This document shows positions 38,370 to 51,328 of a stretch of 64,000 nt of DNA, one piece after another. The number at the start of each line of letters is the position of its first letter. Within the stretch, counting starts at the first letter, position 1. The stretch spans positions 1 to 64,000 of the forward strand of contig MU271405.1 of the NCBI GenBank assembly GCA_021432655.1, read 5' to 3'. This DNA is from Atractiella rhizophila (Eukaryota). The notes under the pieces are model-generated. The model saw nothing but the letters and a program-made list of their open reading frames with translations, did not search any database and was not told where the DNA came from. The position numbers were made by a program, and so were the translations under genes.

Positions 38370-39770
38370 ATGGTCTCAGAATGATTGAATAACAGAGCAA
38401 CCGTCTTCTAGCTTACATGCTGGGTGGATTCACTTCTTGTATCCTATTCGGCGTCATCTTGGCACTCGCGAGTCGCTACTTAGGCTTAACCAAAGGCTTT
38501 TGCAAGATGAAGGCTTTGGTGCTTTTTGTCGTTACATGCGAGATCTTGCTGAACGTAACGAATATCGTTAGGGTAATGGTCCTTTGCTGCCTTTGAACAG
38601 AAGTTGACGTCCACATAGTTATGCCTCTTGCTCGCTGTCCATTGGGGCGATTTCCGCTACCTTTTAGATCCAAATGACCTGCATGCTATGAACACCATTA
38701 CCGGTGTCATGGCTGTCTTGTTGCAAGTCCAATGTCACTTCTTTCTTTGGTATCGTTCGTGCTCTCGCTCCTGTTTGGTTGAAGTAATGCTGAAATGTAA
38801 ACAGGTGCTTGGCAAATCAGCAAAGTTGTAAAATGGCGACAGACATGGATCAATTTTGTTCTCTGGTTGACGCTCTCTTGCGTCTTTATCAACATCTCGT
38901 TTGGCTTCGCCGAAGCTTTTCTGGCAATCACTACGCTTGGAGCTTTCCACTCTTCAGAAAATTATCAACGCTGCCTGACCATCTGGATATCCCTATCTTT
39001 TGTAATCGATTTCAGCTTGGCGGCCTTCCTCGTCGCCGAACTTCGACACACCAAAAAATATCTACTTTCCTCCTCCTTCGGCACTCGAAAGCTCATTAAC
39101 AACATCATCCTGTTCACCGTCTGCAGCGGCACTCTAATTCTTACGACTCAGGCTGTGGTCGTAATTCTGGTCATCTGGGACGGATTTCGCGGATCCATCG
39201 ATTCAACCTGGACGCTGTTCGCATTAACAATCCTTCCATCAGTCTACTGTTATTCGTTCCTCATAATCCTACTCAGTTCGCAACAGGCTGAGCAGGAGTC
39301 TGCCCCCTCAGACATTTCCGCACGGCCCACAGGAAGAGGTCCAACCCATGCGACTGATCGAGGAGAATCAAGCGTCGTAGGATCGGGGTCTGTGTCATGG
39401 CGGTCTCCCTGCGAAAGGTTACACATATCCGAATTTGAGCATGTTTCGCAAGGTCGAGAATCTCCCTCATGCAACTTCGGGTTGGGGAAAGGAATCTCAA
39501 AGTATATTAAAACGGATAAAGGTTGGTTCCTCCCCATTTTCTTTGTCAATCCTCATTTCAGCACAGCTGGTGAAGCGTCCCGCTCGTCGCGGGAGAAGCG
39601 ACATGAAGCAGCGTTGTCACTAGGTTCAATAGGACGAGACATTGGAGCATTGTCAACACATAATACTGTTGTCTCTGTAGAATTACACAGGAGTGTGGTA
39701 CGTTTCTTTCGTCATCGCTTGCATTCTTGTTCCCTTGACTTGAAAGTGGATACAGGAGAGTAACTCAACG
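38370..39770 (+). CDS. Basidiomycete multi-pass membrane protein (DUF6534-like), multi-exon
   Basis: LLAYMLGGFTSCILFGVIL, QVQCHFFLWY, IWISLSFVIDFSLAAFL, LINNIILFTVCSG, ILPSVYCYSFLIILLS. Ends approximate. Confidence 0.7.
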
Positions 39771-40195
39771 TTCAAGGGGGACAAAGATCCATTATAACAA
39801 TAATGTGCATCCAAATTCGCATGTTTTCTACCTTCATCAGTATTATATTAATTGCAATGAGTGATGAACAATGAAACTAATTTATGCTTGTAACATCCCC
39901 GCGTGCTCTTACCAAGTGAAATAAAATGAAGCACATGCAGTGTAGATGAAATATTGACTTGGACGACTAGGTACACTCTAACAGACAAGGAGGGATGGTC
40001 ACAGTATGATTCCTTCTTATCGTCTGGCTACTGGCTGCTGATGAGATTATACCGGCTATCAGGTGCTCAAGCTTCACAACAGAAACAACAGAACGTCTTC
40101 ATGGTGGTAATAACAATGCTTATTTCCCTACTAAAAATCTTTATCACCTATGTATCATTTCATAGTAGCCCCTCGAAGTCGTCTGGCGCGAAGCA

Positions 40196-40676
40196 GATAT
40201 ACCCATCCTACTATCTACCAGCTCTCATTTCCCGTAGGATAAAGCGTGATAGCGAAAGAACGGACAGTCGTTATCTAACGATCTATCTTCCGGCACATAT
40301 GAATACCGTTCTTCTGTCTTCTCTCTGGGAGCGAGGAGGAACGGGACGAGAGCCGGTGTTACCAAGTCTCACAGTTCAGAAACATAAAAGGATTGTCACA
40401 GAGCTCATTTTGATCTGTATCATTATGAGCGGAAACAAAGAAAGATATCTGACATCAAAAGAAGAACAGAAAAACCGTTTAAGAAGGTTCTTAGATTTGC
40501 TTTAGAAGCTTCACTTTGCAAAGCACTGGCTCATGTTTTCGAAATTTTCATTCCAACTTCCGAATTTCTTGTTAGACGCCACAACTTAGAAATCACGGCA
40601 AATGTAAGGATGTACCCGTCCTACTATCTACCAGCTCTCATTTCCTCAAGGATAAAGCGTGATAGCGAAAGGACGG
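40196..40676. repeat. ~68-bp imperfect direct repeat (40196-40263 and 40609-40676)
   Basis: tacccRtcctactatctaccagctctcatttcc...aggataaagcgtgatagcgaaagRacgg is present twice, 413 bp apart. Confidence 0.9.
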
Positions 40677-41434
40677 TCTTCTCTCAAAATCTCTCTTCCG
40701 ACCTGAATAATGACGCTTCCTCCTTTCTTCGTCCCTTTAAGGGTAAGAGGAAGCGCGATAAATGTCGGTGTACATTTAGTCCCGCCTTCCAGAATATTGA
40801 CGTGAAAGAAGAAGAAAGCGTACGAAGCTTAAGCATGTCCAAATGGCACGACGTTGATGCCTCTCCCTACCGTCCTTTGCAGCCGTGGATGGAGCTGCAT
40901 TTGTTGTCCACACACATCTGTTATTGCAATTCCGACCCATTGAAGTAACCTCGTCGATTTTTGTCGATTTTTACGTCCGAAAGCGGGGGTCGGCGACACT
41001 TGGCCCGAAATTGATCAACTGAGCCTCCTCTTGCTGACGGCGTTCTAACTCAGTTTGAGCTCAGCTTCTTGAGCTGGAAGAATTTTCTGACTGCGAGGAA
41101 GAGGACTTGCAAGAAAATAACGTCTCAAAAGACGCGAGGAAGTTGCTGCATTATCGACATTTGGTGAGTCTCTTGTGGAATGTGTATCTGGTAGCTGGGA
41201 TTGGTTTATTTCATTGTGGATATTGCTTGTAACTCTGCAGTTGCTATATCCTTTACTGAAATATGCGCTCTTCGAATCAAGTGGAACCTTCAGCTCATGA
41301 AGACATTTCTTTCTTCTCAGCCTGAATCTCACACGATATCCATCTTACTCTTTGTCTGATAGACAACGATCTGCGTTCTATTTCGCGGTAGCCAATTCCT
41401 GTAACGCCTCGCTGCGTCACTTGGAGCATCCAAC

Positions 41435-44400
41435 CTGGCCTCCTCCAACCCTCCCCCTCCACCTCCCAACAATCCTAATTCCAACGACTCTTCAGATTAC
41501 GGCGGCTACGTTTTCGAAGTTCCATCTCCGTCTTCCTCTCCCAGGCTCAATCCCAGCCGGAATCCGAATCGACGTACACGGTGGAACATCGTCGAAACCT
41601 TCGGAGCGGGTGTAAACAGACAGGACGTAGAGGGTGATAACGAACAGAGGAGAAGAAGAGAAGACCCGGAGGGAGAGGCGGAGATTGATCAGATCCTTGC
41701 TGGTGTCAACGTGCCGAACTTATCTTCCGGCGTCTTGAGGAATATCGCGAGACAGATCCGGGATTGGGACGTGACTGAGCCTCTCTCACTCGAATATCCA
41801 CATCCACCACGAACAAGCCCACTGAGGCCACAACGACCTAGGAGACGGAACGAGTTGAGAGATTTAGGCCCGACACTCGCTCCTGATCCATTTGCTGCCT
41901 CAACTGGGCCAGCACGAATAGTATCTACTTCCAGGACACCGCTACCCTTCCCATCCAACCGCTCCCTTCCTCCCGCCACATCCGCACCCGTCCCATCCTA
42001 CCCCTCAGGCACATTCGATCCATCCACAATCCCTATCGCTAACACCGCTTACGCTTTAGGAGTACCGACGACCGTTTCCCGCCGGACCAATCTCGGTGAA
42101 AACTCCAGCTCGACCAGAACAGGTGGCGGTTTGATGGCCCATCTCTTAGCCATGAGACGTCCGAGCGCCGGCGCTGCACTTCGAGGAGGTGGAGCGGCGA
42201 CACCGTTTCCCGTCCCTTCGTACCTCAAACATTCCGCATTCCACTACCTACTGTACACATATTCACTCGAATCGTCAACGCAGTTACAAGAAGGAGGAGA
42301 AAGTAAAGGGAAGGAAGGCGGTGAAGAGAAGAGGGATGTGCTGTCGAATGCGTGGCAGAATACTTTTGTGGGGGGTAAGGAAGGAAGGAAAGGTGGAGGT
42401 GGGGGATTGGATGGTGGATGGAAGCTGAATTTGGATGGGGATGGAAGGATTGGGTTGCCGACGGGTTGGGATGAGAAAGATAGGAGTGAGCTGGTTGCTG
42501 TTGGAGGGGAAGGTCGCAGGGTGGACTTCGTGGGTATGTTTCCCTTTCGTCTGAGCCGCAGTTGGGATTGGGGTCACAAGCTTCAGTTGCACGCATACTC
42601 TTCAGTGCAGAAACCCTCTGGACCATGCACTATGAGTATATTTCTTGTCACTAAATGCTCGAGCTGCACATTGCTAGAAAGCTCTAGCTATTATCTGGAT
42701 TGTTCTGCAACAACTATAGCTTTGTCTTTGCCATTCTTGACGCGAAGGAAGATGAGATAGATATTCATGGCAGTGGTGCTGATGGAAGGTTACTGACCAG
42801 GATCGGGCAACAAAGGAGAGCTAGATGCAGCTGCAGTCCGAGCAAACCGTGCCGTTCCACGCGAAGCTGGCATCTTCTACTGGGAGGTCGAAATCCTAAA
42901 CAAAGGACGGAGCGGATACATAGGCATTGGATTTTCCACTGTCAATGTCAATCTCGCTCGACTACCGGGGTGGGAGAGGGAATCGTATGGCTATCACGGT
43001 GACGACGGTTTCATATTCGAGGCATCAGGGAATGGGTGAGCAAGGTCGCCCTCATCATTCAATTTCTGCTCAGTGTTGGTTGGCAAGCACCGCATTTGGT
43101 CCAAAGTTTACGACTGGCGATACGATTGGAGTGGGTCTCGATTGGACCTGGGGTGCAGGAGAGGATAAAGACGGTGCCAGAGCTTTTTTCACAAAGAACG
43201 GTCGTTGGATAAACTACGCTTTCGAAGGCGTCAAAGGAGCGTTTTACCCCAGCGTTGGGATGCGAACTCCTGGGGAGAGCGTTCGGGTGAATTTTGGACA
43301 GGATGGATTCAAATTCGACATCGAATCGTACGTCCTCGTACGTTTTTCCTTTTTCTCTTTTATTTGGAACCCTCAATCCATTGATTCGATCGATCGCGAA
43401 CGCGGGTGTGGATGTGCAGACAAGAAAAGAAGCAATCAGACGCTCGATCGAGACGACGCTTCCTCGCCCCTCCCTCGTTCAATTCTCGACCCATTCCCTC
43501 GCCCCCTCTTCCACCTCCCCATCTCGCACCCTCATTTCCGAAGCCACACCGTCCGATCCACATCCTTTTAAAGAGGAACAGAAGCTGACGGACGCCATCG
43601 AGGACCTCGTCCAATCTTACCTCAGCCATGAAGGCTACTGGCAATCTGCAAAAGCGCTCAAAGAGGAGAGAGACGAAGACGCTGCTTTGCTCCTTGGTCC
43701 TGAGACCAGGAGCGAACAGCGTGCTCAGCTAGACCCTTCAGACTTCCCTTGGGCGAGTCCGGAGCGCGTGAAAGAGCTGCAGACGGTCGAGAACCTCGCC
43801 TCGGCTCTTCGTGTACATGTGAAGGAGTTGTTGGTTGGGGAAGCTGAAGATCCTTTGGATGAAGTCATAGGGGTGTGCGAGTCGAGTTTCAAGGGGATTT
43901 TCGATGCGGATCCTGGACGGATTTGGCTGTTCAAGGCCCGTGTGAGGAAGTTTGCAGAGATGATATTGGGGATGGGTATGGAGGATGAGGACATGGAAGA
44001 GGGAGATGAGGAAGGGGAAGGAGACGAATGGAGCGATGCGAATGACGGGATGACGAACGGGTATACGAATGGTTCAACGGTGCCAAATACGGAGCGAGTG
44101 GTGGAAGACGCGATCAATGGGAGCTCGGGTGAGCTGGATGGGGAAGATGAGGAGAGAGAGATGGAAGTGGATGAGATCGACCTCAACCGGACGCCTGCAT
44201 CTGCAACAGCTCCCCTTGGCAGCCAAGGCGGCCCGGGAGCCATGAATCCTCCATTCGGCTCCAGCTTCACTCTTCCCGTCGATTTCGGCGCCTCATCAGA
44301 CGGCATGGATCATCAGATGGAGGGAACGAGTTCGACGGCAGCGGCGCCAGCCGAGGTCTACAAGCCTTTCGTGCTCGAAGAACATGGCAGCACATTGTCA

Positions 44401-45072
44401 TCCTCGAATCACCTGAACGATGATGACTCCTCTTCTGATCCACGCATAGCCACAGGGTTCCCTCGCTCCCCACAACCTCTGGACGATTCCGGTCATCTCC
44501 TACTTTCTCCTCGAGCGAGATCAAAAATGCGAGCTCGCTCACCATTTCCGACGTTGCCCAAGTATTCATTTGATGAGGTGATGAAGTATGGCAAACACCT
44601 TCGTTCTATCTACAAGTCGGAAGAAGATCCGGTTTACAGCCACCTCCTCACGAAAGCTTCTAGTCTATTAGCGTTCGAAGAAAAGATTAAGAGTGTGTTG
44701 AGGGGTGAGGGGAAGTTGGACAAGTTGGGATTCGAGGAAGAACTTGAATGGATGATTGCACCGGATGGCAGGGAGGCTCTGTCAACAGAATTAGACTTGG
44801 TCATCCTGAGTGCGTTGTCCTTCCTCCATTCTAACCCACCGTGTGTCGGAGAGTCACTGTGGAACGGCTACAGTGGACTCGTCAGCACTTCGTAATCCAA
44901 ACGATTACCGATGATTACCTTCACTCATGAATGATGAAAGATGCTGACTGTCCTGTTCTTAGGTTACATGGGTAAGTCGCAGCGGTCCGACTTTGAACGT
45001 CTGTTCCGGCATACATTCACCGTGCTCCACCAACTGGGGCTATCGGGCTCGCCAGCTACTCTGCAAATTTGA
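41435..45072 (+). CDS. RanBP9/10 (Vid30/Gid1)-like SPRY-LisH-CTLH-CRA protein. Start uncertain (CTG 41435 or ATG 42134)
   Basis: LPTGWDEKDR, AAAVRANRAVPREAGIFYWEV, IGIGF...LARLPGWERESYGYHGDDG, FGPKFTTGDTIG, FFTKNG, YPSVGMRTPGESVRVNFGQDGFKFDIESY, LisH LVQSYLSHEGYWQSAKAL. Confidence 0.9.
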
Positions 45073-46029
45073 GGAAATTTACTTTGAATGTTGCAGTGCC
45101 TTTTCCCTTCCATCGCATCCAATCGCAATCGTCGAAGAAGGGGGATCTTGACAGGATGTCTTTTGATCAGTTCTTTGTGCATTAGAGGCTGAGCACGTTT
45201 CCGATGGCTTTAGCACGAACATGACATCGTTGTATTCGTGTTTAGCGTCTGTTGTACCACCCCACTTCGGTTCGCAAAGCAATAGTTTACACTGCTTAAC
45301 ACAGACAGAACAACGATGCGCAGCAGAGAACAAAAGGCGTCGACCGTGTAAGCGCGGTGTGAGTGAATTAGAAGGTGGAAATTCAAGGATCCAACGCGTC
45401 AACGTCGCTGAACAAGCTCGGTTTGGGCTGGTGAAGGGCGGCGGAGGAGAGCTCGGGGGAACACCCACGATTGGGGCACGATTGGTACGCGCACCGCTTC
45501 TTCAACCGTCAGCTTCTCATTTCTCAAGGCCTCCAACTGCAAAGAGTGACTCGCGCGAGAGCCCGTGAACGTTAAACAACGGAAAGGGTTGAATTTTGGT
45601 GCTTGACTCATAACTGCCTCAGCATTCTTCGCGACCCACATCAGTTCACCTCAAAAGGGTTCTCACTGAAAATCGTCCAGTTCTCCAATCCACGAACCTC
45701 GTTCTGAACGTCATCTCGATTCATCTCTCCAGTTCCACAATTGGACCAATCATGACAATGGACATGAGTGCCCCTTTGGTCTGCCCAGTGAGTAGCCACT
45801 CGTCGCCCAAACCCCATCTAACGGGAACGTCCGTTCGTTCTGCAAGGAATGCACCCAAACTTTCACCCGCCTCTCTCATCTCACACGTCATGTCGCCTCC
45901 AAACACGTAGAGGGCAGCGGCTTCGTGTGCAAGCAATGCCATGGACACTTCAGCAGGAGGTAAGCGTTTGTCCCATGGCTATTTCGAGGCACTGAGCATC
46001 GCAATAAAGGGACGCTCTGAAGCGACATA

Positions 46030-47095
46030 TGGATCAATACGTGCGCAGGTTCCTAAAGCTTCACGAAGGCGATAAGCTGAAGCAGGTGATAACAGTGCCG
46101 CCAATCAAAGTCGGCCAATAATTCCCCTCCAGAAGGAAAGAAGCCGATAGGTCCCTGTCCTTCAGGAAGGCAGCAACCTCGCAACGTACCTTCGTTGAAG
46201 GCATGCGATCACTGCTCCCAACGGAAGTGAGCGCAATCTCATTCCCTCTCAAAGATGTCATTGTTGACTTCTTCTGCTCGAAAGGTTGAAATGTTCAGGC
46301 TCACTACCCTGCGAGCGGTGTACGCTCGAAAAGCGTGCTTGCAGCTTCGACCGTCCTACCCGTCAGCGTTGGAGCCTTTCTTCCGCTCCCACTCATTCCA
46401 TTCCAGCACGAACGACCCCCACCTCCCCTCCCTCCCACAAGATCGCACTCAAAGACACAGGGCTGTCGTTTGTCCCTCGTGACAACTACGCTCCATCTGG
46501 CTACTTTGACCACATCCAGTACCCCGAATACTTTCAACCCAGCCCAGCATACTCGCCAGAACTCGAAGCCATGTTGGCTACGAACAGCGCAGACATGGGC
46601 ATCCGAGCTGAGGTGAAGAGCCAGCAGTTTGGTGGTGAAAATGGAGCGGGATTTTGGAGCAGCGAGATGGATGCAAAGATCAGGCGACTGTTAGAATCAC
46701 AAGGCTCTCAACATCAACACGCGAGCTTTCCATATCTTCCACCGACGGGAGGAAGGGTAGAACAAAGTCCGGTATTCGACGAATCGCTGCACGCGCTCAT
46801 GAACAACGTCGCCGCGACTTCGTTGGCACTCATGCACTCTTCCTCTTCGTCGACCACCACCACTGCCGCCGAGCTCACACCTTCCCCCTCCGCTTCATAT
46901 CCCTACTTCGACTCACATCAACTTCTCACCCCACCCGCGCCTTCATCCTCTCTTGGATGGGACGACAGGTCGCGCTCGAATTCGCATCCACAGTTCGAGG
47001 AGTCGGAAGCTTCGAACTCAGATCTCGACTTCCTCAAGGCCATGTTTGGAGCGACTCTGGATCATTCCGGCCTCATGAAGCGGAGTCATGAGTGA
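46030..47095 (+). CDS. Zn(II)2Cys6 domain protein (short TF), 5' end approximate
   Basis: Spliced ACDHCSQRK|LKCSGSLPCERCTLEKRACSF binuclear cluster followed by a Ser/Pro-rich region. Confidence 0.8.
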
Positions 47096-48891
47096 AGAAG
47101 CGAAGAGGTGAAGATGGAATCTTCTTGACACACATTATTTGAACTTCATCGTATCGTAGGAGTAAAACGTGTATTAAAAAAAAGTGGACTGTTTGATTCG
47201 CCTTGTTTCTCATGCCTTTTGGCTCAATGTACTATATTCATCATGACTGTCACGAAACCTTCACAGTGCAATCTTATTCAAAACATGCGAATCGAATCCA
47301 AACTATTTGCATTCTCAATGAAGAGTGGTTCTGATACTGTCTGCACAGCTATGTAGCAGTTTGCAGGTAAGAGCATCAAATCCACATCTTTACGGCGAAG
47401 ACAACGCAGATGGAGCGAGAAAAAAGAGAGCAAAAACGGCGCACGAATCGATTGATAATTTCCTTCGAGCTTCTGACCCAGCTTCCAACTGCGATTTGAC
47501 CCTTCTCCTCAAATACCAACCGCCCAGCACTCGATTGACGGTCGTTTACGAACGAGGGATGCCGCTCAAGAGGAGAGGATGGAGGGATTTTAAGTGGATC
47601 TGGAAGGAGATTGACATCTTGACGACCTATTTCGAACCGCCTCAGTTATCCACTTCACGACTGGCTGAGCCACTGAGGATCGGCTCGGAGGATCAAGTGG
47701 CTCTTTATGCTGTTCAGCTCCAGAACGGACGGATTGAGGATGAGCAATTGAACATGTACCCACCGTTGAGATCAATAACGAGGCTGGAGCTGGAGTTCCG
47801 TGATGCAAGAGGACCGATCGAAATCGAGAGCTGTAAGTTAATGAGTAGGTGGGTGAGCCAGGACGTCCAAATTATCGACCACCACCACTGCCGCCGAGCT
47901 CACACCTTCACCCTCCGCTTCATATCCCTACTTCGACTCACATCAACTCCTCACCCCACCCGCGCCTTCATCCTCTCTTGGATGGGACGACAGGTCGCGC
48001 TCGAATTCACATCCACAGTTCGAGGAGTCGGAAGCTTCGAACTCAGATCTCGACTTCCTCAAGGCCATGTTTGGAGCGACTCTGGATCACTCCGGCCTCA
48101 TGAAGCGGAGTCACGAGTGAAGAAGCGAAGAGGTGAAGATGGAATCTTCTTGACACACATTATTTGAACTTCATCGTATCGTAGGAGTAAAACATGTACA
48201 AAAAAAGTGGACTGTTTGATTCGCCTTGTTTCCCATGCCTTTTGGCTCAATGTACTATATTCATCATGACTGTCACGAAACCTTCACAGTGCAATCTTAT
48301 TCAAAACATGCGAATCGAATCCAAACTATTTGCATTCTCGATGAGAAGTGGTTCTGATACTGTCTGCACAGCTATGTAGCAGTTTGCAGGTAAGAGCATC
48401 AAATCCACATCTTTACGGCGAAGACAACGCAGATGGAGCGAGTAAAAGAGAGCAAAAACGGCGCACAAATCGATTGATAATTTCCTTCGAGCTTCTAACC
48501 CAGCGTTCCCACTGCGATTTGACCCTTCTCCTCAAACACTAACCGCCCAGCACTCGATTGACGGTCGTTTACGAGCGAGGGATGCCGCTCAAGAGGAGAG
48601 GATGGAGGGATTATAAGTGGATCTGGACGAGATTGACATCTTGACGACCTATTTCGAACCCAGCTATCCACCTCACGACTGGCTGAGCCACTGAGGATCG
48701 GCTCGGAGGATCAAGTGGCTCTTTATGCTGTTCAGCTCCAGAACGGACTGACTGAGGATGAGCAATTGAACATGTACCCACCCTTGAGATCAATAACGAG
48801 GCTGGAGCTGGAGTTCCGTGATGCAAGAGGACCGATCGAAATCGAGAGCTGTAAGTTAATGAGTAGGTGGGTGAGCCAGGACGTCCAAATT
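46850..48891. repeat. Tandem duplication of ~1.02 kb (46850-47873 / 47875-48891)
   Basis: Copies share the TF 3' end and a downstream ORF fragment, with SNPs and small indels. A single extra 'a' sits at 47874. Confidence 0.95.
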
Positions 48892-50980
48892 GGAACCTGC
48901 ACTCAAAAGGGTGCCCGTAATGTCATCATCCAAATCGACTGTTCCATTTCCTATCCTGTCCAATCCGAATTCGGTAACTGGACGGTTTATAAGTTTGTGG
49001 AGGTTGGTCGCCACTCCGGCGGGTGAGACATTCGCCTTCCAAGTGGTGCAGTCAGGCTTCTAATTCCTGCCTGTCAAATTTGTCAAACTTGTCAATGTTA
49101 GCTAGATAAATAATCCGTTGTGCATGCTTCAGTCGACTGCAACTGTGGGAAGGGCTACACTTTGGGAGCGCTGGTGGCATGTTGGGAAAGGAAGGAGGAG
49201 GAAGTTGGGATGCTCGGCTGGGAAGACAGAATTCAATTTGAACAAGTCAGACACTGACGCCGATGACTTGTTCCTCTTGATTCGCTGTGTTACCCGGGAA
49301 ATGCTGTGAACTTGAACTTCCTCCTCAACGACTCGGGTCCTTGAGAAGTGGACTGTGGAGCGAGCAGCCAGCTGCTTATTTATGGACGGTATGTTTTGTT
49401 ACGACTGCGTCGAAAGCGCCGACAGGCCGAGATCGAAATAAGGGATCGCCGTCATCACGGCCACGAAGAGGTGGAGCAGGCTTCAAGTTCGCGTTGAAAA
49501 GTTGAAAGATTGAGGACTAAAATGGTGGAGGAGACGGTTAACAAGCTCTGGAGATGATCAATGAAGGGTCTAAGTTGGCGGGGCACACTACTAATACCAA
49601 GAGTTCTGGCCGGCTCCCCCGTCCAAACCAAACGTTTCGTGTTACAAATACCCACTCAAGCTTCGGACGGCGATAATATTTCGTTTCGAAGGAACAATTT
49701 ATGTTTTCCGCTCATTCCTCCCAGTTCTTTGAAGACCTTGTGACTTGAAAATCATTGCAGATTGCAGAGAGTGATGGCAGCAAGAGTCAGTAAATCGCAC
49801 GTGAGGCCGAATTTCTGCCACTCTGCGTTTTCATCGCTTCAATCCCACGTCTCTGAAGCCTGAGATGATATTATAGATTACGCGTACATTCCATCAAAAC
49901 CTCAAATTCATTTCAATTTCAAGAAAACTGCGGTACATGCTTGCAGAACAGGTTATTACAGTGACGCAAAAACAGTGGAGAAAGAGGCGACAACAAAACG
50001 CGACCATCAGAAACCTCAACAGAGTCTGCATAATTCTCATCCTCGCTATAGCGGTCATCATATAGCCCCATAGCTAATGAATAAGGATGACGAATGCAAA
50101 TTCATCATTTGGTCACAGAAATTTGTTTCCCGATGAAAAGAAAATAAATATCGGACAAAAGTAGATCATACAACTCCTTTCTCTGGTAAATAACTTGCAA
50201 AAGCCTGGGGAAAGCAAGAAGCTGAGGTCACATGGACTGGCAGACAGGACAGTAATACAAGATTCTAGATTGCAAAGGACATCGAACGACATGACCCTTG
50301 AATAGAGTCGAATACCAAAAGATAACTGGTCCGTTATCGGTACATTGTTTGACTGCAAGACAAGACCAATCTTCAAAGCATCACGCAGCGCGAAACACGA
50401 ATACAGAGAAACAGAGTTGAGAGAACAAGAAAGTACGCGAACTGATATTCGAAAGTGCATGTCCCCTCAGTTTACAAGATTTATAGACTGCGGTCAGAAA
50501 GACTGCTTCGGAGGGAGATGAGGGTACTCGAATGCGCGTGCCCTTTTGTAAGAATGGGCGAGACAGGAATACATGCCAGCACATCGCCAGGAGATACGCG
50601 ATACTCATCAGAGCCCGCTTCTAAGTATGCATTTGCCCGACACGGAGGCCATAGAACAATCAAATGCTGTATTTCGCACCCCATTTACATTTCTTCGAAG
50701 CCCACAAAATCGGGACAGACCTTATCCTTCCTCACTCCTGGAACTCTACTTTCTCCTTGCAACAATTCAATCAATGTTAGATATCATTTCTGCCTACGAA
50801 GCTCCCACCGTTCTCTACATGCTTGCACTTCTCTAAATTGAAAAGCTGGATACAGGGTCGTGGTTGTTGAAAGTATCGACGGTGGTGAAATGCGAGGGTT
50901 TTAGTCTCTGTCTGATCTCACTACATTATCACTACATTAAGCGAAACAGCAAAGTCTACTTTCTACACCACCTCGCAAAC

Positions 50981-51328
50981 ATGGCGCACGGCTCCCACGC
51001 TCATACACCACCCTGGAACGGTCGTGGTCCTCGCCCCTTTAACCCTGCCCTTCCTGGTCGGTTTTATACCTGGAGCGCCAAACTGCTCGGTATGCTTTAT
51101 GTCACTATGCTGTTGAGTATTCTGACAGTCTTTGGGGAAGGCGGTTCTATGTGGTTCTTCTTGCTCTATCGGCTGAGAGAAGACGGAAAGGTTGTATTTG
51201 TACGTTTATTGGTTCATCTCAGACATTTGTTTCATCTTAACAATCCCCGTTGCTTGTAGGGCATCGAACACCCTTTCGCAAACGGCCATGGGAAGGATGG
51301 GCATGGAGAAGAGAACAACCATCATTAG
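50981..51328 (+). CDS. NADH:ubiquinone oxidoreductase accessory subunit NDUFB2 (AGGG)-like, 3 exons
   Basis: Spliced MAHGSH...YTWSAKLLG|GSMWFFLLYRLREDGKVVF|GIEHPF...HH* matches the GxMWFxxLYRxxEDG...HP pattern. Confidence 0.8.
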
